From Candidatus Daviesbacteria bacterium (GTDB taxonomy: Bacteria; Patescibacteriota; Microgenomatia; Daviesbacterales; UBA10151): a stretch of 64,000 nt of DNA. Shown here piece by piece: positions 26,147-33,638 of the stretch. The position numbers were made by a program, and so were the translations under genes. The first letter of the stretch is position 1. The number at the start of each line of letters is the position of its first letter. The stretch spans positions 78,607 through 142,606 of the forward strand of contig JACPKL010000001.1 in NCBI GenBank assembly GCA_016187035.1, given 5' to 3'. Below the pieces are notes generated by a model. That model was not told where the DNA came from. It did no database searches and saw only the letters and a program-made list of their open reading frames with translations.

Positions 26147-27922
26147 TTACTTAAGTTCTACGTTAAATAAAGGTCCAACTATTTGAATATTTGCAGGGGC
26201 TCTTAGGTTAAAAAAGTTTTTAAATTCTGACCCGTTAAAAGTTTCTGAATGACCATCTCCTGAGATAGTCACTAAAGTAGACATACCGGTATTAAAATCT
26301 GCCAAAACAGAAACAATGGAGACCTGGTTAAACGGAGCGCCGCCCCTGTTTTTTAACTCCTCCTTAACTTTATCATGATTCCAGGTATCAGTACCTTCCG
26401 GATTAGGTTTATCTACCTGATATAGATGTTCTGACAAACCGCTGTCACGCTTGGTAAGCATAATCATATTGGCAATATCGGCAACTTCCTCAGGCTTTAA
26501 CCAGGCTGATTTAGCATATTCAGACCTGAAACCCTGGGCTGCATAAAAACAAGGAGAATCTTTATCATAAGCTTTACTAAATAGGTCAGCAAAAGAACCT
26601 ATATCTCCATTTGTATCTTTGGACCTTTTAGTAAAAGAGCGGTCACTCCAACCAACATCCTGGGCTGAAAAAGTATATCCCCCATCTGTTGATGAATACC
26701 AGGCAGTCACAGCTGACCCGCCTGAAATCATAGTCTTGCCTTCGGTAAGTTTGACAGCCTGCTCCCAATTACCTCCTTTATTGCCTCCTTTATAAACCTG
26801 GCAGGATTGGGTGGTACAAATCTCTTTTGAGCCATTGTTAGTATAAGATAGGGCATAAGAGCGGGCAGCAATAGCCTGGGCTTTTAAAGCCTCAATCGGC
26901 CAGGACCCAGGCATCTCATAAATACCTAAAAGATAAGTTTCCATGCTCATGGAACCAAAACCGGCAACAGAGATATTAATATTTGGTTTTTGCTCAAAAC
27001 CAAAGTTAGCAAAATATGCTCTTAAAATATCTTCATGATTTTGCCCTGCCTGGGCTCTGCCTAAGGCTCCATATTGATTCATCCCTACTCGATGAGGAAT
27101 ACCAAAAGTAAAAAAAACAAAAGCAGGCCTAAAGCCAGGATCCAATTTCCGATCATCGCTGCAAAATAAAGGGCCTGCCCCCAAAGAAGTAGGCAGATTT
27201 AAAGAGGCTTGTCTTTGAGCAATGATAGCTTGCTGTCTTGCCGAAAGCTGGGCAATTTGTTTAGATATATCAGCCTGGTAAGCTTTAGCTTTTTTAATCT
27301 CCCCTCCTAAAAAAGAGGCGTTTTTATCCACTTCTGCTTGTAAGCCGGCCAGCCTTGCTTTATCTTTCTCCAGTTTGTTTTTTTCACTGAGCAAATCAAC
27401 TACCTCTTGAGTAATTGAGGTAATGATTTGCTGGTCTTCTTTGGCAATATTTTGGCGGAAAGATAATTCTCTGAATAAATCTGCAGAATTAATTGAGGAA
27501 AGTATCACCAGCATTGGGTTGACAAGATATGAACGGATATAATATGCCCTGACTCTTTTTTCCAAAAGAGCATGCTGCAAGGCTAACTTATCTTCCCTTA
27601 AGTTTAGATCATTTTGTTTTTGCCCAATAGTTGCTGCTAAATGATCAATGCCAGCCTGGATTTGGGCAAGCTGCAGCTCTAAAGATTTTAACTGGCCTTC
27701 TAAAGGTTTTTTAGCCTTTTCTACCTGCTGCCATTCACTGCTTAGTTTATTGATCTGGTTTTTGATATCATCCAGCTCATCAGCATAAACAGGTAAAGGC
27801 AAATGTAAAATGTAAAGTGTAAATATCAAAATGACAATGCAAAGTTTAAAATGTCTTAAAAATTTTGAATTTTGATATGTATTTTTGATCTTTGAATTTT
27901 GGTTTTTGAATTTCCCTATCAT
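26147..27922 (-). CDS. SpoIID/LytB-domain peptidoglycan-remodelling protein with an N-terminal coiled coil
   Basis: 'EALKAQAIAARSYAL' and 'CTTQSCQVYKG' are SpoIID signatures. Long coiled-coil N-terminal half. The signal peptide is encoded by a low-complexity tract. Confidence 0.8.
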   Translation of the reverse strand: MIGKFKNQNSKIKNTYQNSKFLRHFKLCIVILIFTLYILHLPLPVYADELDDIKNQINKLSSEWQQVEKAKKPLEGQLKSLELQLAQIQAGIDHLAATIGQKQNDLNLREDKLALQHALLEKRVRAYYIRSYLVNPMLVILSSINSADLFRELSFRQNIAKEDQQIITSITQEVVDLLSEKNKLEKDKARLAGLQAEVDKNASFLGGEIKKAKAYQADISKQIAQLSARQQAIIAQRQASLNLPTSLGAGPLFCSDDRKLDPGFRPAFVFFTFGIPHRVGMNQYGALGRAQAGQNHEDILRAYFANFGFEQKPNINISVAGFGSMSMETYLLGIYEMPGSWPIEALKAQAIAARSYALSYTNNGSKEICTTQSCQVYKGGNKGGNWEQAVKLTEGKTMISGGSAVTAWYSSTDGGYTFSAQDVGWSDRSFTKRSKDTNGDIGSFADLFSKAYDKDSPCFYAAQGFRSEYAKSAWLKPEEVADIANMIMLTKRDSGLSEHLYQVDKPNPEGTDTWNHDKVKEELKNRGGAPFNQVSIVSVLADFNTGMSTLVTISGDGHSETFNGSEFKNFFNLRAPANIQIVGPLFNVELK

Positions 27923-27929
27923 GCCCTAG

Positions 27930-27974
27930 AATTCTACCATTTTTAAATCCTTTGTGCTAAGCTTTAGGTTGATG
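27930..27974 (+). promoter_or_regulatory. copy 1 (diverged) of the repeated leader/promoter-like motif 'aattctaccatttt..tcctttgtgctaagcttt'
   Basis: It contains TGcTAAGCT (an extended -10-like sequence) 9 nt upstream of the ATG at 27972. Related copies lie at 28879, 29365 and 29941. Confidence 0.4.
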
Positions 27975-28868
27975 ACTAAACTTAGCCTTTGGTTAATGCC
28001 AATTATTATTTTGATTTGGCTGTTATCCGCTCCTCAAGCTTACGCGAAAATAGTAGCTCCAACAGGAGATTTTTGTATATCCAATAAGATTAACGGCGCT
28101 TATATAGATTCATCCGGGGAAAACCTAATAGTAGAATATTCAGGGATTGACTCAACTCCAACTTTATTAAATATCCAGAAAATTGGTAATATTCAAGTCA
28201 ATGCCAGCTCTGCTCAAGCATTAAACCTGGGAGAAAATTGGGCTTTTAGGATTCAGGTTCCTAAACCATCCAGAGACCTGCTTAATTCTGAATTTAAATC
28301 TTCTACTAAAACTCAAGTTAGCATTGATTACTCTTCTGATCTGCAGAAACCAAACACCGATCTGGTGACTTGCAGATCCCAACGCTCAGATGTGCAGCTT
28401 GCCAGAATTACTCCACAACTTGAGCAAAAGGTAAATGAAGCTATCCAAAAGCAAGCCCAAGCCCCTGGAGCTGCAGCTTCTGCTGCTCCTCCTGTTGCCC
28501 ATCCCGCATCTCCTAATCCACCAGGTCTTAACCTGCAAAGCAAGCCCTGTGATCCAAATGACAAAGCAGCAGAGGCCAAGTTTGGGCCTTGTCCTGCAGG
28601 AATTGGGGAATTTGAGCAAATTTTTAGCAAAATTATTACTGTCATAGTGGGACTGGCCTTTGTGGTAATGTTAGTAATGTTAATTTGGGGAGGTATTAAA
28701 TACTTAACTTCAGGGGGAGAACCTAAAGCAATCCAATCTGCCCATTATACAGTGACCTGGGCTCTTTTGGGAGTATTATTTATGGCTGTTGCCTGGCTGA
28801 TTTTACAACTTATTAGAATCTTTACAGGCATTGATGTAACTATATTTAATATCAGAGTCCTTATTTAA
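27972..28868 (+). CDS. secreted domain fused to a C-terminal VirB2/TrbC-like T4SS pilin hairpin
   Basis: Signal peptide MTKLSLWLMPIIILIWLLSAPQAYA and a Pro/Ala-rich linker. The C-terminal 'VGLAFVVMLVMLIWGGIKYLTSGGEPKAIQSAHYTVTWALLGVLFMAVAWLILQL' matches the motif shared by the other five pilin-like ORFs. The start was moved from the GTG at 27954 to the ATG at 27972. Confidence 0.65.
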   Translation: MTKLSLWLMPIIILIWLLSAPQAYAKIVAPTGDFCISNKINGAYIDSSGENLIVEYSGIDSTPTLLNIQKIGNIQVNASSAQALNLGENWAFRIQVPKPSRDLLNSEFKSSTKTQVSIDYSSDLQKPNTDLVTCRSQRSDVQLARITPQLEQKVNEAIQKQAQAPGAAASAAPPVAHPASPNPPGLNLQSKPCDPNDKAAEAKFGPCPAGIGEFEQIFSKIITVIVGLAFVVMLVMLIWGGIKYLTSGGEPKAIQSAHYTVTWALLGVLFMAVAWLILQLIRIFTGIDVTIFNIRVLI

Positions 28869-28878
28869 TCTTTAAAAA

Positions 28879-28905
28879 TGTGCTAAGCTTTGGGTAATGT
28901 CCAAA
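28879..28905 (+). repeat. copy 2 of the 27-nt motif tgtgctaagctttgggtaATGtccaaa
   Basis: Identical to copy 4 over 27 nt. It is followed only by a 19-codon ORF (MSKIMSYFEVRRWKLEDRS*). Confidence 0.7.
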
Positions 28906-28972
28906 ATAATGTCTTATTTTGAGGTTAGACGCTGGAAACTAGAAGATAGATCTTGATGTTAGAAGATAGAAG

Positions 28973-29284
28973 TTAGAAGGTTTTCCAATTCCTTTGTAGA
29001 TTAGTTAACTTACCGCCTAATTGATTATACCTGGTAAGTAAACTATTGCAAAAATCCCTTTGCCAATAATCTAAATCTCTAGCAGTCTCAATATGAACTT
29101 CCATTTCGTTTGCCGAACCAATTGATGCATCCAGGTGATGTTTAAATTCTTTCTCAAATCTCCTCTTTGCCCAGCCTTCAGCAATATTTGCAGGACATGA
29201 TTTTGAAGCTCTACGCATCTGGGATACCAAATCGTTTCTCTCGTAAACAGGAAGTTTCTTGATAGATTGATGAATCATTATCAT
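28973..29284 (-). CDS. four-helix-bundle protein (23S rRNA intervening-sequence protein family)
   Basis: 'LVSQMRRASKSCPANIAEGWAKR' and 'GSANEMEVHIETARDLDY' are family hallmarks. It lacks the usual N-terminal helix, so it is possibly truncated. Confidence 0.8.
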   Translation of the reverse strand: MIMIHQSIKKLPVYERNDLVSQMRRASKSCPANIAEGWAKRRFEKEFKHHLDASIGSANEMEVHIETARDLDYWQRDFCNSLLTRYNQLGGKLTNLQRNWKTF

Positions 29285-29364
29285 TAATCTGATCTTATCA
29301 ATCTAGCTTCTATCTATTCAAGCTTCAAATTCTAGATTCAAATTTCTAATGTCCATCCTCAAAA

Positions 29365-29414
29365 AATTCTACCATTTTCCTATCCTTTGTGCTAAGCTTT
29401 GCTTAATGTCCAAA
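29365..29414 (+). repeat. copy 3 of the leader motif (long form)
   Basis: aattctaccattttcctatcctttgtgctaagctttgcttaATGtccaaa, followed by an 8-codon ORF that runs into the hicA 3' end. Confidence 0.7.
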
Positions 29415-29415
29415 G

Positions 29416-29646
29416 TTATTTCAGCAAGGTAACAAATTCTTCTTTAGTAATTCTCAAATCCTTTTTAATAATTTTTGTCAGTAAACCAATACCAATAGTA
29501 TCCGCAGGATGAACAGGTATAGTCACCCTTCTGCCATCTGAATGTATATAGACTGCATGACTACCGCTTTGATCCCGAAATTGAAAACCCAAATTTAATG
29601 CTACCTTTACTAAATCACGCGCTTTAACTTGGGGTAATTTTGACAT
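29416..29646 (-). CDS. hicA: HicA-family mRNA interferase toxin
   Basis: 'KARDLVKVALNLGFQFRDQSGSHAVY' is the YcfA/HicA fold signature. It directly abuts hicB. Confidence 0.85.
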   Translation of the reverse strand: MSKLPQVKARDLVKVALNLGFQFRDQSGSHAVYIHSDGRRVTIPVHPADTIGIGLLTKIIKKDLRITKEEFVTLLK

Positions 29647-29889
29647 TTAGATGGCAACTTCAAGAGACGTTAGACTAACAGGTTGCATTCTGGGAATTTC
29701 TTGCCTGTCTTCTTTGGAAATCCTTAAATTAAGTTTGATAGCATCACGGATATTGGTAATTGATTCCTCCAGCGTCTTCCCTTGAGTATGACAACCTTGT
29801 ATTTCAGGACAATCAGCCACAAAAAATCCCTCCTCATCTTTTTCTATGATAACCGGAAAGTTGTAGGTTTTAGTTTTAATCTTTTTCAT
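29647..29889 (-). CDS. hicB: HicB-family antitoxin
   Basis: 'YNFPVIIEKDEEGFFVADCPEIQGCHTQGKTLEE' (UPF0150/HicB N-domain). Start trimmed to the Met at 29889. Confidence 0.8.
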   Translation of the reverse strand: MKKIKTKTYNFPVIIEKDEEGFFVADCPEIQGCHTQGKTLEESITNIRDAIKLNLRISKEDRQEIPRMQPVSLTSLEVAI

Positions 29890-29940
29890 GAAACAATGAT
29901 ACCATAGACTAAAGTCTATGGCTAGACCCATGAATCTCTT

Positions 29941-29967
29941 TGTGCTAAGCTTTGGGTAATGTCCAAA
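29941..29967 (+). promoter_or_regulatory. copy 4 of the 27-nt motif, here driving or initiating the 29959 pilin-fusion gene
   Basis: tgtgctaagctttgggtaATGtccaaa. The extended -10-like TGcTAAGCT ends 7 nt before the ATG, which implies a very short leader or none. Confidence 0.4.
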
Positions 29968-31113
29968 GTAGTTTTTATAACCATTTCATTATTGGTTGTG
30001 ATGGTAGCTTCTGCTTTATTAGCTTACCCCGTACATGCAGCATTACCAAGCTGTTCTAGCCCCACTGTACAAACTAATCCCACTCCTTTAATCAACAATC
30101 AGCGCAAAGCTAAATTTACTATAAATATTGGTAATAACCAAAATTATGCTGATTATAAAATGGAATTTCGATGCGGAGGCAATGCTGTAGTAGACGCAAC
30201 AAAAGAAGGATCAACAGATATTTCTGTGGAGTTTGATAGGTCAACTACTTCATCACCATGTGAGTTTAGCGCAAACACCCATGAAATAGTAGTTAAAGCT
30301 GTAATTAGCAACCAAGATGTGGATCAATGCACAGCTACTTACAGGGTGCTTGATTCCAATACCCAATGCAGGTTAACTATTAATCCGGACAGCGGAATTA
30401 GTTCTGCTACCAAATTAGAAGTTTCAGGAGAGAACTTAACCAATGGGGGCAGATTTTCTGTTTTTGTTGATGATGATGCTATTGATTTTGCCAATAATAT
30501 AACAGGCCGTGCGCTTATTGATTTACCAGCCGGACCAGGAGCCGGCAATGTAGATACACCTCAGTTTGGTCCAAAATCAATACCTCAGGAATTGATGATA
30601 CCGGGCGCACATATGATTTCTTTGCGGCAAAAAACAAATACCAGAGATTGGTTTAATTTACGAAAATCCGAGGCAGATTTTTTTGGCCCTCCTGTATGTC
30701 ATATTACCTTCACAGTAGGAACACCTACTAACCCAGGTGGGGTTGCTACTGCTGGAGCTGCGCCTAAAGTTTGTAAAACAGGAGATCCAACTTGCACTTT
30801 AGGCGGAGGAATACCCTGCCCTGATGGTAGTAATGGATTTTCCACTGCGATTGGCTGCATACATACTAATCCTGTTGAATTTGCCAAGGATATTTTGAAA
30901 TTTGCCATAGGGATAGGAGGAGGGTTGGCATTTTTAATGATGCTTTTGGGAGCATATCAGATGTTAACCTCCCAGGGTAATCCTGATATTTTAAAAGCAG
31001 GACAGGAAAGATTAACCTCTGCTGTAATAGGATTATTATTTGTAATTTTTGCTGTGCTGTTTTTACAGATAATTGGGGTAGGAATATTAGGCTTACCTGA
31101 TTTCAAACCATAA
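29959..31113 (+). CDS. secreted Cys-containing domain fused to a C-terminal VirB2/TrbC-like pilin hairpin
   Basis: Signal peptide MSKVVFITISLLVVMVASALLAYPVHA. The C-terminus 'GGGLAFLMMLLGAYQMLTSQGNPDILKAGQERLTSAVIGLLFVIFAVLFLQIIG' carries the pilin motif. Confidence 0.65.
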   Translation: MSKVVFITISLLVVMVASALLAYPVHAALPSCSSPTVQTNPTPLINNQRKAKFTINIGNNQNYADYKMEFRCGGNAVVDATKEGSTDISVEFDRSTTSSPCEFSANTHEIVVKAVISNQDVDQCTATYRVLDSNTQCRLTINPDSGISSATKLEVSGENLTNGGRFSVFVDDDAIDFANNITGRALIDLPAGPGAGNVDTPQFGPKSIPQELMIPGAHMISLRQKTNTRDWFNLRKSEADFFGPPVCHITFTVGTPTNPGGVATAGAAPKVCKTGDPTCTLGGGIPCPDGSNGFSTAIGCIHTNPVEFAKDILKFAIGIGGGLAFLMMLLGAYQMLTSQGNPDILKAGQERLTSAVIGLLFVIFAVLFLQIIGVGILGLPDFKP

Positions 31114-31122
31114 TAATATAGT

Positions 31123-31154
31123 GATTTACGATTTAAGAATTAAGATTTAAGAAT
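31123..31154. repeat. left 32-nt low-complexity inverted-repeat arm flanking the four-helix-bundle gene
   Basis: gatttacgatttaagaattaagatttaagaat matches the reverse complement of 31521-31552 at 26/32 positions. Confidence 0.55.
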
Positions 31155-31155
31155 A

Positions 31156-31542
31156 ATGAAAGATGGCAAAATACAGTCTTTTACAGATTTGAAAGTTTGG
31201 CAAGAAGGGCATATTCTAGTAGTTATGGTTTACAAAATAACTAAATATTTTCCTAAAGAAGAAACTTACTCGTTAACTGATCAGATGAGAAGATCAGCAT
31301 CTTCCATTACAGCAAATATTGCGGAAGGTTTTGGCAGACATTCTTACAAGGAAAAATTGCAGTTCTATTACCTTGCTCAAGGATCATTAACTGAACTAAA
31401 AAATTTTATACTTATCTCAAAAGATGTAGGATACCTTGATACCGAGGACTTCAACTCTTTAGTAGACCAGGCTAATCTAACTCATCAGATTCTACAGGGA
31501 TTTATTAAAAGCACAAAAACATTCGTAAATCATAAATCATGA
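31156..31542 (+). CDS. four-helix-bundle protein (23S rRNA intervening-sequence protein family)
   Basis: 'FTDLKVWQEGHILVVMVYKITKYFPKEETYSLTDQMRRSASSITANIAEGFGR...YLAQGSLTELKN' is a full-length family signature. Confidence 0.88.
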   Translation: MKDGKIQSFTDLKVWQEGHILVVMVYKITKYFPKEETYSLTDQMRRSASSITANIAEGFGRHSYKEKLQFYYLAQGSLTELKNFILISKDVGYLDTEDFNSLVDQANLTHQILQGFIKSTKTFVNHKS

Positions 31543-31552
31543 ATCTTAAATC
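31521..31552. repeat. right 32-nt inverted-repeat arm (overlaps the four-helix-bundle stop and the next pilin start)
   Basis: attcgtaaatcataaatcatgaatcttaaatc. It contains the TGA of the 31156 gene and the ATG of the 31539 gene. Confidence 0.55.
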
Positions 31553-31889
31553 TATTCAATTAGCGTTACAATTCCCAGGAGGACAAACAATTGAACCTAA
31601 CCCTAATATCCCGGGTTTGGGTAGTTTAAAGCCTGAATTTAAGGATTTGGCTTCTTTTATCTCTCCTTTATTAAACATTGTTTTTTATGTAGCAGTTTTT
31701 TTGGCTTTTTTCTACTTTGTCTGGGGAGCCTGGGCTTATATATTTGCCTCCGGTAATAAAGAGAACTTAGCTAAAGCCAGAGCCAGAATTATGTGGGCTC
31801 TAATAGGATTAATGGTGGTATTTTCAGCCTTTTTTATCGCTAAATTTGCCTCAGAAATATTGACACCCAAAGGAGGACTGCCATTTTGA
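31539..31889 (+). CDS. VirB2/TrbC-like T4SS pilin
   Basis: Two-TM hairpin 'VAVFLAFFYFVWGAWAYIFASGNKENLAKARARIMWALIGLMVVFSAFFIAKF'. Confidence 0.65.
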   Translation: MNLKSIQLALQFPGGQTIEPNPNIPGLGSLKPEFKDLASFISPLLNIVFYVAVFLAFFYFVWGAWAYIFASGNKENLAKARARIMWALIGLMVVFSAFFIAKFASEILTPKGGLPF

Positions 31890-32278
31890 TGATTAGAATC
31901 AAGAAGCATGAATCAAGAATCAAGGTACTTATATTTGTCTTATCCATGATTCATAATTCAATATTCATGATTCAACCTGTCTATGCACAGGTTAATATCG
32001 GAGATAAATTTGGTTTTGGGGATATTACCTCTTTCGGTGATGCTACTTCTAAACTAATTGCTCCTGCTTTTTCTCTATCTACAGCAGCGGTAGTAATTTA
32101 TTTTCTTTTAGGGGCATTTAAGTATTTAAGTGCAGGTGACAGCAAAGAAGAGGTGGAAAAAGGCAGGCAGATGATTACCCATGCCATAATTGGTTTTATT
32201 TTATTAATGTCAGCTTTTTTAATTTTGCAGTTTTTATTGTCTTCTCTTTTTGAAACAACAGGTTTAAAAATTATTTAA
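31886..32278 (+). CDS. VirB2/TrbC-like T4SS pilin
   Basis: Signal peptide ending IQPVYAQ. Hairpin 'AAVVIYFLLGAFKYLSAGDSKEEVEKGRQMITHAIIGFILLMSAFLILQF'. Confidence 0.65.
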   Translation: MMIRIKKHESRIKVLIFVLSMIHNSIFMIQPVYAQVNIGDKFGFGDITSFGDATSKLIAPAFSLSTAAVVIYFLLGAFKYLSAGDSKEEVEKGRQMITHAIIGFILLMSAFLILQFLLSSLFETTGLKII

Positions 32279-32284
32279 GGTTAA

Positions 32285-33499
32285 TTACACCAGTTTCATA
32301 TTGTCTGGAATGTAGACTAATCTTTTCCCGGCAAAACCCAACCACTTTTTAAAAGTATCCAATTCAGGAGATGCAAAATTAAGAGTGTAATAAGTAGACC
32401 TGCCTGCTTCCCTTTTTTTCAGAATATCCTGGTCTACTGCTCTTTGCAGGTATGTCACCAGAGTTTGACGGGCTATCTTTCCTCTAGTTGCTTTAGCCAG
32501 ATTCTTAAACTGTATTTCACTTCTTTTGATAAATGGTTTTAGGACAACAGGGATTTGACCTTCTAATTCTAGTTCTAGTCTCCCTATAAACTCATTCCGT
32601 TTTGTCTCAAGACTGGTTTTCACCACACCAATTATTGAGAGCACTAATGCCTCAAGAACAAAATTTACAAAATGATTTAGGTTTTTGCGCTCCAGTGAAT
32701 ACAACAAATACTTATAATATCTGGCCTTTTGTTTATGATAGTAGTACGAAGTACTGTAAAGATTTTTACCATTTATGCCTAAGCTTCTTAAAAGCACATG
32801 CTCCAGACTGCGGCAAACTCTTTTATTCCCATTATTAAAAGCATGCAAACCATAAAGCGCGGTATGAAAGATGGCTACCCCGTCAACTGTCTGATGCTTT
32901 TGTAACCAGTCAATTAACTCCTTTACCCCACTTTCTATTTCTTCATATGGCGCTGGAGTGTAACTGCCTACTCTAATCATATTATTATCCCGCCACTTCC
33001 CTGACCTATAGACTGTAAAATCAGATAAATACTTTTGAAATAGATCTAGTCCTTGGGTTAAATTTTGATGCAGCTTTTTTATTTTCTCCGGGGTTAACTC
33101 TGCTATCTTGATGGGTTGCTGATTTAAATTGCGGAAAGTTTTAGCAATGTTGAAAAATTCTAACTGATCATAGTCTTTTTGGGTTAACTTTACCCGCGCT
33201 TTTAGTAATTTAGCAACAAAATCATAATCTGGATCAGAGATAAGCAAATTATAAACATCCTGGGCTTCTGGAAGCGTTAAGTGCGAATCCTCTGCTTTAG
33301 AAATGGCAAAGGAAGCAAGCAGTTCATTTTTACTGATCAAGTTTCTTTCAATATCAGGATTTAAGAACACCTGCTCATATTCAGACAGTTCCCTGTCAAG
33401 CGATAAAATCTCCTTATTGGTAAATGGTTGTATTTTTGGAATCCAGACAAATTGTGACAAAAAGCCTTTAGAAAAGGGTCTTAAAATAAGCGTATTCAT
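32285..33499 (-). CDS. Fic/DOC-family protein with a C-terminal winged-helix-like domain
   Basis: The Fic motif variant 'HAFNNGNKRVCRSLEH' compares with consensus HxFx[DE]GNGRxxR, with Lys replacing the second Gly. Confidence 0.8.
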   Translation of the reverse strand: MNTLILRPFSKGFLSQFVWIPKIQPFTNKEILSLDRELSEYEQVFLNPDIERNLISKNELLASFAISKAEDSHLTLPEAQDVYNLLISDPDYDFVAKLLKARVKLTQKDYDQLEFFNIAKTFRNLNQQPIKIAELTPEKIKKLHQNLTQGLDLFQKYLSDFTVYRSGKWRDNNMIRVGSYTPAPYEEIESGVKELIDWLQKHQTVDGVAIFHTALYGLHAFNNGNKRVCRSLEHVLLRSLGINGKNLYSTSYYYHKQKARYYKYLLYSLERKNLNHFVNFVLEALVLSIIGVVKTSLETKRNEFIGRLELELEGQIPVVLKPFIKRSEIQFKNLAKATRGKIARQTLVTYLQRAVDQDILKKREAGRSTYYTLNFASPELDTFKKWLGFAGKRLVYIPDNMKLV

Positions 33500-33600
33500 G
33501 GTTATATTTTAGTCTAAAATCAGTCTAATGATTAGTCTAATAATTAGTCCAGATTAAGTCTAACAGAGATGTTTATAGAAGTCAAATAATGTGTTTGGAA

Positions 33601-33637
33601 GATTGCCACACCCCGCTGGGGCGGGGTTCGCAATGAC
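33601..33637. repeat. third copy of the GTCATTSCGA-core-GTGGNAATC element, terminator-like
   Basis: The minus strand reads gtcattgcga-accccgccccagcggggt-gtggcaatc. The core is a 7-bp GC hairpin that starts 2 nt after the stop of the 33639 gene. Confidence 0.55.
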
Positions 33638-33638
33638 A

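Noticed and set aside
28328-28647. Three overlapping ORFs (two minus-strand, one plus-strand) within 27972..28868
   Set aside because: All fall in the GC-rich Pro/Ala linker of the pilin-fusion gene. They are open only because that region is poor in stop codons.
27930-31552. Integron-like cassette array
   Set aside because: No intI-type integrase and no attC-like imperfect palindromes are visible at the cassette ends. The repeated motif looks like a duplicated promoter and start region instead.
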